This document shows, in pieces, positions 12,449-21,128 of a stretch of 64,000 bases of DNA. The stretch is from Cyanobacteria bacterium auto_48_18 (GTDB lineage: Bacteria > Cyanobacteriota > Vampirovibrionia > Obscuribacterales > Obscuribacteraceae), in assembly GCA_036170915.1 (NCBI GenBank), contig JAVHQC010000033.1, forward strand, positions 32,001 through 96,000. The letters run 5' to 3'. The position numbers were made by a program, and so were the translations under genes. The notes beneath the pieces are model-generated. The model saw nothing but the letters and a program-made list of their open reading frames with translations. It had not been told where the DNA came from and made no database searches. Positions within the stretch are counted from its first letter, which is position 1. Each line of letters opens with the position of its first letter.

Positions 12449-13831
12449 GTGCATGTCACCAGTTTGACTCAAGAACTGAGTCCGGACTTGGACCTGGGAA
12501 ATCAGGAATCTCCTGGGACCGCTACGGGTGCTACAACCGACATTTTGCTCACCTGCCAGGCCCGCGGGCGCCTGAAAAAAGAACGGGTGGCAATCGTCAC
12601 TGGTGACAGGGTTGAACTCGACGAACTCGATTTGACCGAAAAGTGTGCCGTAATCACGGCTCAACTGAAGCGGCGCAGCCTTATCGCAAGACCAACACTA
12701 GCCAATGTAGACCAGGTAGTCATTGTACAGGCTGTCAAACAGCCCCAATGGAACCCCCTCTGGACAGATCGCTATATCGTCCACTTTCAGCTCACACTGC
12801 CATCTTCGCGCCCTATTTTGTGCTTCAATAAAGCCGATTTAGGGGCCAAAAACGACTTAGATCATTTAAGAAGTATTTATGAACCCCTTGGATACTTCGT
12901 TATATTTGTTTCTGCTAAGACTTCAGATGGTCTTGAAAATTTAGCCTCTTTGCTGGCCGGCAAAATCTCTGTATTCGCGGGCCCGTCAGGCGTTGGCAAA
13001 TCGACCATGCTCAATAAACTCTGCCCCGGGCTCAATCTAAAGACCGGTTTGATGGAAAATGACTTTGGCGTCGGTCGTCACACAACAACATATAGTGAAC
13101 TCTATCGATTGAATTTAAATGGTGAAGTTGGTGGTTCACCGAAAGATAATCAGATTTCGTGGATTGCCGATACTCCCGGATTCAATCTGATTGAGTTTCT
13201 TCATCCTGAACCACGAGACGTGGCTAAGCAGTTTCCAGAAATCGACGAGTTGGCTCAACAGTGCCGCTTTTCAGATTGCCTGCATCTTGTGGAAGCCGGC
13301 TGTGCCGTGCTCGACTCGCTATCGGATCTGCTCGGAGACGATGAAGATGATGATGAAGATGTAGTTGACGAAGCAGACGACGCAGACGAAGTAGAAGAAT
13401 CAGACGACGATAATCAAGATGACATTGATAACGACGATAACGACGACAGCCAAGACGAAGCTCAAGCGCAAGATGTGGAGCTAGATTCAGACGCGGAGCT
13501 AGATTCAGACGCGGAACAAGATTCAGACACGGAACAAGAACTCGATGAAGACACTGCTGTCCATAAAGAGCGTCCGGTGTCGCTGACTAGATATGAAAGC
13601 TACCTCATAATGGTGACTGAATCGCAGGCCGAGCAATCTTTGCAGAAAGTCACTTCTAGAAAAGTGGAGAGCTCAGTTAAGGCCGCCGGCGGTGCCAATG
13701 CCAAAACCAAATTTATTCCGCGACTGGCGAATAAATATCGGCAGGCGTCTCGCAATACCATGAAGCAAAAGGTTATCGATACCACTAATTTTGAGGAAGA
13801 GTCTCAAGAAATTAGTGATGATAAAAACTAG
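12449..13831 (+). CDS. rsgA: Ribosome small subunit-dependent GTPase A with long acidic insertion
   Basis: VTGDRV, ANVDQV, FNKADL, GPSGVGKST, GRHTTT, DTPG, CRFSDCLHLVEAGCAV; GGAGG at 12437 supports GTG 12449. Confidence 0.93.
   Translation: MHVTSLTQELSPDLDLGNQESPGTATGATTDILLTCQARGRLKKERVAIVTGDRVELDELDLTEKCAVITAQLKRRSLIARPTLANVDQVVIVQAVKQPQWNPLWTDRYIVHFQLTLPSSRPILCFNKADLGAKNDLDHLRSIYEPLGYFVIFVSAKTSDGLENLASLLAGKISVFAGPSGVGKSTMLNKLCPGLNLKTGLMENDFGVGRHTTTYSELYRLNLNGEVGGSPKDNQISWIADTPGFNLIEFLHPEPRDVAKQFPEIDELAQQCRFSDCLHLVEAGCAVLDSLSDLLGDDEDDDEDVVDEADDADEVEESDDDNQDDIDNDDNDDSQDEAQAQDVELDSDAELDSDAEQDSDTEQELDEDTAVHKERPVSLTRYESYLIMVTESQAEQSLQKVTSRKVESSVKAAGGANAKTKFIPRLANKYRQASRNTMKQKVIDTTNFEEESQEISDDKN
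13477..13539 (+). repeat. 18-bp tandem repeat (3.5 copies) inside the rsgA acidic insert
   Basis: GGAGCTAGATTCAGACGC x2, then GGAACAAGATTCAGACAC, GGAACAAGA. Confidence 0.9.
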
Positions 13832-13834
13832 TAT

Positions 13835-14935
13835 TTATTTGCGATCAATAGCTCGTGCTGTGGCTGCGCCCAGATAAGAATCAGGTACGTCTTTAACTCG
13901 GCTGCGCATCAACTCAAGCTCTTCAAGATTTCCCGATGAAAATCCAGACCAACTATTTCTGTTGTGCCACCGCACCACACAATCGCTCCAGCCCGCAGTT
14001 TTAAACCAGCTGGCGAAATAAGCGCGCGGTACATAATAAGCAACCGGTGCAATTAAGTGATCAAAAACAATGTGGTGAAGCTCCGTGAATCCGAACTGCG
14101 AGATGTAATTCAGATACTCGCCATAAAAAAGTGGAGGCATCCATTTATTTGATTTGCGCAAATTCATCCATGGTCTGGCCACAAATTTGCAATAAAGTTC
14201 AAGGGGAAAGGCAAGGGCGGCTGCCACGGGTAAAAGCAGGCTGGATGGCATTTTTGACGTTACCAGCATGCGAATAGGATTGACTATGCCAATCAGCCAC
14301 CAGTTACTTTCGCGGCCATAAACCCAAGCCGTTACCGCGCCAGTTGGTTTTACTCGAGCACTCATAGAAAGAAATCCACTAATGGGAGATTCCATGTGAT
14401 GCAAAACACCCACTGAAAAGGCGAAGTCGAATTCTCGTCTAAAAGGCAACTTTTCAATATCAGCTTGTATCAGATGAATACCAGGGAGAAAGCCGACATT
14501 CTCATAGGCTACATCTATTGCTTCTCCGATATCGACGGCATAAATCGCCTTCACACCCGCCTCTTGCATCAGTTTTGCGTGACGGCCTTTGCCGCATCCG
14601 CATTCGAGCACGACTTTGTCTTTGACAAACTCAGGGTCAACCGGAAAAATCCAGTCAAAAAATTGTTTCTGATAACGTTCATCCATCATTGGAAAACGCT
14701 TCCACGCCTCGGCAAAGCTAGCCCCTGTGCGAATGTCGGTGGCGCTGCTTTCACTTTCGTCAACGAAACGCGGTACACCGCGTACAATTTTGTATTCTCG
14801 ACTGCAAGCTGTGCAGATCAGCGTACCTTCGTAAATTTCGTCTGAGTGATTGCTGTCGAGGGTCTGCTTAGCGTCTAATTTAAGATCCGACAAACAACTT
14901 AGACAAACGAGATGTGTCAGAGCTGAGGGTTTCAT
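13835..14935 (-). CDS. Class I SAM-dependent methyltransferase with N-terminal Trm112-like zinc-binding segment
   Basis: CLSC...CTAC..YKIVRGVPRF; VLECGCGKGRH; FDFAFSVGVLHH. Confidence 0.85.
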   Translation of the reverse strand: MKPSALTHLVCLSCLSDLKLDAKQTLDSNHSDEIYEGTLICTACSREYKIVRGVPRFVDESESSATDIRTGASFAEAWKRFPMMDERYQKQFFDWIFPVDPEFVKDKVVLECGCGKGRHAKLMQEAGVKAIYAVDIGEAIDVAYENVGFLPGIHLIQADIEKLPFRREFDFAFSVGVLHHMESPISGFLSMSARVKPTGAVTAWVYGRESNWWLIGIVNPIRMLVTSKMPSSLLLPVAAALAFPLELYCKFVARPWMNLRKSNKWMPPLFYGEYLNYISQFGFTELHHIVFDHLIAPVAYYVPRAYFASWFKTAGWSDCVVRWHNRNSWSGFSSGNLEELELMRSRVKDVPDSYLGAATARAIDRK

Positions 14936-15007
14936 TGCTATAGTATGCCTCTGATACTGACTTGTGAGAAACTCTGCAAAGCTTACTTATTTAGAACAAG
15001 GATTGCA

Positions 15008-15979
15008 ATGTCTGCGCCCTATCTTTCACTAGTAATTCCCGTTTTCAACGAAGAAGAAAACTTGCCGATTCTTTACGGCAAATTGCTTGAAAATTTAGCG
15101 GGCATCGACTCTACCTGGGAAGCCATTTTCGTAGACGATGGCTCACAAGACAAATCTTTTTTTGAGTTGTCGAAAATCGCCGAAAAAGATCCGCGCATCA
15201 AAGTCGTAAAATTTTCTCGAAATTTTGGCCAAACAGCAGCATTGGCTGCTGGTATTGATCATTCCAGCGGCGAGGTGATCGTACCGTTAGACGCAGATTT
15301 GCAAAATGATCCCAAAGATATTCAACTGCTCGTGCAAAAATTAGCCGAAGGATACGATGTTGTGAGCGGATGGAGAAAAGATCGCCATGACGCGCTGATT
15401 TCAAGAAAAATACCTTCGTGGATTGCTAATAAAATAATTTCAGTAGTCAGCGGAGTTTCACTTCATGATTATGGCTGTTCACTTAAAGCGTATCGAAGAA
15501 AAATATTGAAAGATATTCGTCTTTATGGCGAAATGCACCGCTTCGTGCCAATTTATGCCAGCTGGCTTGGTGCCCGCGTGACAGAGATGCCGGTAACGCA
15601 CCATCCGCGCACTCACGGTCAGTCAAAATATGGTATTTCAAGAACTTTCAAAGTTGTGCTTGACTTGATCACCGTAAAATTTATGGCGAGCTGTTTTACT
15701 AAGCCCATTTATCTGTTCGGATCAATCGGTCTCGGCGCCATTTTGCTTTCATGGGCCGCGTTCGTGTGGATGGTAATTTTAAAATTCTTCTACCACACTA
15801 CCTTTATTCAAACCCCTTTGCCAGTCTTAAGCGCCATGTTCTTCCTGGTTGGTGTGCAATGTCTTTTAATGGGCCTGTTGTCTGAGATGCTGATGCGCAC
15901 CTACCACGAGTCGCAAGGGAAGAGCATTTATCGTGTTGATGAAGTTGTGAATTTGCCGGATACAGATGAAAAGAAGTAA
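15008..15979 (+). CDS. GT2 glycosyltransferase, polyprenol-phosphate sugar synthase (ArnC/DPM-like)
   Basis: SLVIPVFNEEENL, VDDGSQD, SRNFGQTAA, LDADLQNDP, LHDYGCSLKAYR, two C-terminal TMs. Confidence 0.92.
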   Translation: MSAPYLSLVIPVFNEEENLPILYGKLLENLAGIDSTWEAIFVDDGSQDKSFFELSKIAEKDPRIKVVKFSRNFGQTAALAAGIDHSSGEVIVPLDADLQNDPKDIQLLVQKLAEGYDVVSGWRKDRHDALISRKIPSWIANKIISVVSGVSLHDYGCSLKAYRRKILKDIRLYGEMHRFVPIYASWLGARVTEMPVTHHPRTHGQSKYGISRTFKVVLDLITVKFMASCFTKPIYLFGSIGLGAILLSWAAFVWMVILKFFYHTTFIQTPLPVLSAMFFLVGVQCLLMGLLSEMLMRTYHESQGKSIYRVDEVVNLPDTDEKK

Positions 15980-15995
15980 CTAGAGGAAGAATAAA

Positions 15996-17297
15996 TTGAG
16001 TGATCGTCTGAGAAAGAATCTCTGGTTCGCTTACTTTGTCGCCCTGCTGGTCTGGACATTACAGGCTTATGCATTACTTGGAAGATTGCAGATTTCAGGC
16101 GAACTGTTCGCCTTCGAAAAAGACGGACACCCCTATATAAGTGATTTCACCAATGTTTATAATGCCTCAGTTTTATGTAAAACCGCTGCCACAGAGAAAA
16201 TAAAAATTTATGATGCCCAAGTGCAAGCGGCATCGGCTGACCGATTGACAGCTCCAGTGAAGGCTGAGCAACCCTTCTATCTGCAAATGCCACCATTCTT
16301 TTTTAGCACGGTCAGGCCTTTAGCTGAGTTTTCCATGTTCCACGCCTGGCTTCTGTGGTGCGGCTTGGCTGTAGTGGCGCTTGTGGTGGCATTGTGGTAC
16401 TTCGTTAGACCGATTTTTGTCGACAATTTCAGCCGCTTGTTTGCCATAGTTGCCACCATCGGTTCATTTCCCGAATGGGAAGGAGTGCGCAGCGGAAATC
16501 CTTCGATGTGGCTGGCACCAGGTGTGGTTCTCATGTGGTTGCTCCTGCGGCGCCACCCTGCTTATGCTGCGCTATGCGCCACCGTATGCCTTTATAAGTT
16601 TCAGTATCTGCCGCTTGTGGGCATGGCAGGCTTATTTGTAGGGCGCATGCGCTTTGTCGCTGTTTTGGCTGCTATCACTATTGCCCTTGCGGCTTTCGCC
16701 TGCTACACCCTGGGTGTGGAAAATGTGCTCGCTTTCCCCAGTGCCTTAGCAGGTGCTGAAGTTAGTTCGAAAGTAAGTGGCGTGGCCGCTGTGGAAATGC
16801 AAAACTTTCGCGGTCAACTATGTTTGCTGACAAATTCTGATGGTAGCTTTGTTCACATAGCCACATTGCTAATATTATTTGTGGCTGTTGTGGGCGTTTC
16901 AATTATGTGGTGGCGTCTGGTAAAAGAAGCGCAAGGCTTAAATTTAAGCAGCACTGTAGTTCTAGATTACAAGTTCAAAATTTGTGCTTCAATTACTACC
17001 CTTTTGCTTTTAATTTGCAGCCCTCATACCCACAAACATGACTTCATCCTCGTGGTGGTCCCTGCGGTTTGGCTCTGGCAAACAGTGGCTTGCAATGAGG
17101 CTTTGCCTAAAGCTCTACGCTTGGCTACCAGAATTTTAATTGTCGCTTTTCCTGGAGTCAGCTGGATTTTCTTTATGCTCGAATTTCTTTTTCATATGGT
17201 AAAAATTCAGCCCTTTTTCTTCTGGGCCCTCAGTTTGTGCGTAATTGCTTGCCTGGCTCTAAGATTGAAAATAGCCACTGCTGAAGAGCATTCGTAA
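15996..17297 (+). CDS. GT87/DUF2029-like polytopic GT-C glycosyltransferase
   Basis: SDFTNVY, QMPP, GN (GQ-like), YKFQY (KPQ-like), SPHTHKHD, ~11 TM helices; follows the GT2 gene. Confidence 0.75.
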   Translation: MSDRLRKNLWFAYFVALLVWTLQAYALLGRLQISGELFAFEKDGHPYISDFTNVYNASVLCKTAATEKIKIYDAQVQAASADRLTAPVKAEQPFYLQMPPFFFSTVRPLAEFSMFHAWLLWCGLAVVALVVALWYFVRPIFVDNFSRLFAIVATIGSFPEWEGVRSGNPSMWLAPGVVLMWLLLRRHPAYAALCATVCLYKFQYLPLVGMAGLFVGRMRFVAVLAAITIALAAFACYTLGVENVLAFPSALAGAEVSSKVSGVAAVEMQNFRGQLCLLTNSDGSFVHIATLLILFVAVVGVSIMWWRLVKEAQGLNLSSTVVLDYKFKICASITTLLLLICSPHTHKHDFILVVVPAVWLWQTVACNEALPKALRLATRILIVAFPGVSWIFFMLEFLFHMVKIQPFFFWALSLCVIACLALRLKIATAEEHS

Positions 17298-17299
17298 AT

Positions 17300-18322
17300 T
17301 TAAGACTTTTGCCAGTCTGTCCAAATTTCGGCATTGAGCAGATTGGGCGGCTTTGTTTGTTCTTGAAACGCCTGTACAACTGCTGTCACTGCCAGATTCG
17401 CCATGGCGTGTCTGGTTTCGGCGGTGGCCGAGCCGATATGCGGTGCCAGTACCACATTTGGTGCAGCGAGCAAGAGCTTGTGCACCTCTGGTTCGCTATA
17501 GAAAACATCTAGACCAGCCGCTTTTATTTTATTTGTGAAAATTGCGTCTGCCAGAGCCTGCTCGTCTACAATTTTGCCGCGAGCAGTATTGATAAAAATA
17601 CAGTCAGGAGGCATCAGCGCAAATTCTTTATGGCCGATAAGCTCTGTGGTTGCTTTCGAAAGCAAACAGTGCACACTGACAAAATTGCTGTTTTTCAGCA
17701 GCGTTTCAAGCGAAACTCTTTGCGCATTCATTTCAGTGGCCAGCATGTGGTCTTTATCGTCAGTTTTAATTTCACTATCAGAGCAGCCTTGATCACCACT
17801 GCGGCTGTAAATGATTTTAAGACCAAAGCCATGGCAACGTTTGGCCATGGCGTAACCAATGCGGCCCATGCCCACAATACCCATAGTTTTGCCTGAAATT
17901 TCGGTGCCTAATAAAAGGTCGTTTTCAAAACCGGTCCATTGGCCACCGCGCACATAGCTGTCTGCTTCGACGATACGCCTGCCGCAAGCAAGCAATAAAG
18001 CAAATGCAAGATCAGCCGTAGCGTTGTCTAGCACTCCAGGAGTATTGCTCACCAGAATATTGCGCTGGCTGCAGAAAGGTAAATTGATATTGTCATAACC
18101 AACCGCCCTCTGGGCAATCATTTTAAGATCAGCTGCCGCGGCTATCACTTTCTCATTGAGGTCGTCTTGAGGCTCTGTGAGAATTACAGATTTGCCTTGC
18201 ATTGCTGCTATCAATTGAGCATCTGGCAAAGCAGTGGTGCGATCGATAAACTCGATGGGTGCTAGCGCACTCAGCTTTTCTTCCAGGTCTTGTGGCAGTC
18301 GGCCCAGGCAAAGAATTTTCAT
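17300..18322 (-). CDS. D-glycerate dehydrogenase / glyoxylate reductase (D-2-hydroxyacid dehydrogenase)
   Basis: AVGYDNI, NTPGVLDNATADLA, GMGRIG, INTARG, GLDVF, PHIGSAT. Confidence 0.9.
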   Translation of the reverse strand: MKILCLGRLPQDLEEKLSALAPIEFIDRTTALPDAQLIAAMQGKSVILTEPQDDLNEKVIAAAADLKMIAQRAVGYDNINLPFCSQRNILVSNTPGVLDNATADLAFALLLACGRRIVEADSYVRGGQWTGFENDLLLGTEISGKTMGIVGMGRIGYAMAKRCHGFGLKIIYSRSGDQGCSDSEIKTDDKDHMLATEMNAQRVSLETLLKNSNFVSVHCLLSKATTELIGHKEFALMPPDCIFINTARGKIVDEQALADAIFTNKIKAAGLDVFYSEPEVHKLLLAAPNVVLAPHIGSATAETRHAMANLAVTAVVQAFQEQTKPPNLLNAEIWTDWQKS

Positions 18323-18325
18323 CGG

Positions 18326-20080
18326 CTAAATTAAACTGCGTTCAAGGGGCGCTGCTGGTGCCAGCTGAGCCATCATGTTTTTTTCGAAAATATTCAGTTC
18401 AACGGCGGCGCGTTTAGAATCCCAATAATTTAGATTTTGAATTAGTAGTGCTACTTTGGGCGCCGACTCAAGGCACTGCCCCTGGTGCACAAATCCGAGC
18501 CGAATGCGGCGCGAGAGAATATCGTCGAGTGAAATGGCCATTTCATTATTAAGAGAGTAGGGCACCTCAGCCATAATTGGAGGGAAATCAGGACAAATTC
18601 GCTCGGCCAGAGCAGGAGTTTTTTCCACCAGTTCAATAATTTGCAGGGCGTCTTTTCCGTAGGTGGCAATTAGATGATCGAGCGTGGCGGGCTCGAGCGA
18701 AAGTTTTCGCGCTTGAGCCGAAATCTGAGCGGTAGTGGTAAGAAAATCTGATTTATCGCTCCAGCCACCAAGCATAATTTTGTCGGTCTTGCTGTGCTTG
18801 AACCCGGCATACTTTGCCGCGTCTTGCTTAAGCAGCTGCTCCAGGGCCATATCGACCACATGAATGGAGAGCATTCTGTAGTTTGTGAGCTTACCGCCAA
18901 TCAAGCCAATAACGCCAAAGGGGCCTTCAAAAAGTAGATGCTCACGTGAGATGGTGGCAGTGTTGCTTTTGTCTTTCTCACTTCCTTTGACAGACCCGCC
19001 GCTATGTTCGCCTCCCACTAGGGGCCTGAGCCCGGCCCAGGCAGCGATTACGTCTGTCCGGGTCAGTTGTCTGGCTGAACCTGTACCTGAACCTGTAGCT
19101 AGTGAATTGCCGGCCTTACTGTATGAGTTGAGAATACCGAGTAAATAATCTACTTCTTCGGTGGTGGCAATTGGATTATCTAATGGACCTTCGTAATTGA
19201 TATCCGTGGTACCTACCATTAGCGCTTTTTGCCAGGGCACGACGAAAACAAAGCGGCCGTCTGGGGTTGGCAAAAATAAAGCGGTGCTGGTTTCGAAGCA
19301 TGAAAGCGGCAGCATGATATGTGTGCCTTTGGCCGGTTTGACTTTATCGGTCCAGGTAGAATCAAGCTGGCGTAACAATTTATCTGACCAGACGCCGGTG
19401 GCATTGACGCAAGAACGACAGCGCACAGTGAATTCTTTGCCGTCGAAGCGGTCTCTGCAAATCACCGTGTGTACTCGCCCGTCAGCTTCACTGGTCTTAA
19501 AGTCAACTGCTTCTAAATAGTTGACCGCCAGGGCCCCATATAGGGAAGCGGATTTAATTACTTCCATAACGATGCGACTATCGTCAGTAATGCAATCGTG
19601 AAAACGTAAACCGCCAGAAATCAGCGTGGGGTCTAGCGACGGAGCCGCGCCCAGAGTGGCTTTACGATTGAGCCGTTCGTGAGTGCGCACGCCTCTGGCA
19701 TTAATTGAAAGCAAGTCATATAAAGTCAGACCAATATCTGCCTTGATACCGAAGAATCTTTTGCCTTTGGTTATCGGCAGCATGAAAGAAAAATCTCTCA
19801 CCATATGTGGTGCTAACTGTTCTAATAGGCCGCGCTCTTGACAAAGCTCGCGAGTAAGCCTGAATTGCAGTTGCTCAAGATAGCGGAGGCCGCCGTGAAT
19901 TAATTTAGTAGTACGGCTTGATGTGCCCGATGCGAAATCGTCTTTTTCTAAAAGCAGCACAGAAAGACCGCGGGAGGCGGCGTCTTGAGCAACACCTGCT
20001 CCGACAACGCCGCCTCCGATAACAACCAGGTCAAATTCTCGATCTGCTGCTATTTCAAGTATTTCGCTTCTGCTCTTCAT
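18326..20080 (-). CDS. glpD: FAD-dependent glycerol-3-phosphate dehydrogenase
   Basis: IGGGVVGAG, DFASGTSSRTTKLIHGGLRYL, NATGVWSD, GTTD, WAGLRPL, GGKLTNYR. Confidence 0.93.
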   Translation of the reverse strand: MKSRSEILEIAADREFDLVVIGGGVVGAGVAQDAASRGLSVLLLEKDDFASGTSSRTTKLIHGGLRYLEQLQFRLTRELCQERGLLEQLAPHMVRDFSFMLPITKGKRFFGIKADIGLTLYDLLSINARGVRTHERLNRKATLGAAPSLDPTLISGGLRFHDCITDDSRIVMEVIKSASLYGALAVNYLEAVDFKTSEADGRVHTVICRDRFDGKEFTVRCRSCVNATGVWSDKLLRQLDSTWTDKVKPAKGTHIMLPLSCFETSTALFLPTPDGRFVFVVPWQKALMVGTTDINYEGPLDNPIATTEEVDYLLGILNSYSKAGNSLATGSGTGSARQLTRTDVIAAWAGLRPLVGGEHSGGSVKGSEKDKSNTATISREHLLFEGPFGVIGLIGGKLTNYRMLSIHVVDMALEQLLKQDAAKYAGFKHSKTDKIMLGGWSDKSDFLTTTAQISAQARKLSLEPATLDHLIATYGKDALQIIELVEKTPALAERICPDFPPIMAEVPYSLNNEMAISLDDILSRRIRLGFVHQGQCLESAPKVALLIQNLNYWDSKRAAVELNIFEKNMMAQLAPAAPLERSLI

Positions 20081-20099
20081 TTACTGCACGTACATATAG

Positions 20100-20576
20100 T
20101 TATCTTAGTTTGTCTCTATACAAACCTGCTCCTAAACCGAGGGCTGCGCCAAGAGCTGCACCTTTCATTGTTTTGCTGGCACTGCCGTGGCCCTTTGTTG
20201 CTGCCATTGTAATACCTGTAGCCACTGCGGTACCTGTTGCCATGTCTCTCATAATAGGATGACGTGCCATGGTTTTGTTGCCGTTGATGACGCCCACAGC
20301 CACACCTGTGCCTGCACCAAGTGCCGCACCTCTAACCATGCCCTTCCCTGAAACCAGACCGGCTACCGCACCAGCCGCTGTGCCCACCCCTGCGCCGATG
20401 GTAGCTTTGCGCACTACCTCATGTTTGCGGAAGAACTGTTTAGTTTTTGAGGGCTGGGCTTTAGTTACCGATGCCGAGTAAGTTTGAGCTTGAACAGGCA
20501 AAGTGACCAGTATAGTTTGGCATGGAATAACGCTCAAAGCTAAGGCCAGAGTAGCTTTACGAATTTGCAGTTTCAT
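20100..20576 (-). CDS. Small secreted glycine-zipper protein
   Basis: Signal peptide; GAGVGTAAGAVAG, GAALGAGTG, GAALGAALGLGAG; GGAG RBS. Confidence 0.75.
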   Translation of the reverse strand: MKLQIRKATLALALSVIPCQTILVTLPVQAQTYSASVTKAQPSKTKQFFRKHEVVRKATIGAGVGTAAGAVAGLVSGKGMVRGAALGAGTGVAVGVINGNKTMARHPIMRDMATGTAVATGITMAATKGHGSASKTMKGAALGAALGLGAGLYRDKLR

Positions 20577-21128
20577 CGTGTGCTCCTAAGATCTAGGGAA
20601 TTTCTTCCGTTTAAAATTTAGTATTTGTTGACGATACTCATTACCGATCGGGTAGTTTCAGCTGATTTTTGCAAGGCGAAACTTAACTCTCGGTAACAAG
20701 AGACTACCATTAATTTTATTTTTTTCGGGGCACTTTCCTGACTAGACATCAGAGTTTTACTCTGGATGTTGAAACCGATATCCCGCGCATATCAAGGCTA
20801 TGTCTGATAGGGGGCTGGCGCGGTGTGGCATTTTGGCGACTTACACCAATGACACAGTTGAAATGGAGACGACCGTTTTTGATGGGATGTTCCCAATGAG
20901 GCTGCTCTAACAATCACTAAAGAAACAGGCCCAACCTTATTTTTTGCCCATCTGAGGTCGAAAATTGTTTATTTCACAGGCAAAAATTGCTCAAATTGAC
21001 TATCCTACTTGTCGGCATCCAGAGCTGAGTTCACGACGTCGCGTCTTGGTTCAGCGGGTCCGTTCCAATCGACTGAATAAAATTGGAAAAACAGGTTTAT
21101 ACGCAGGAAATTTGAGAAAAATTTGCCA

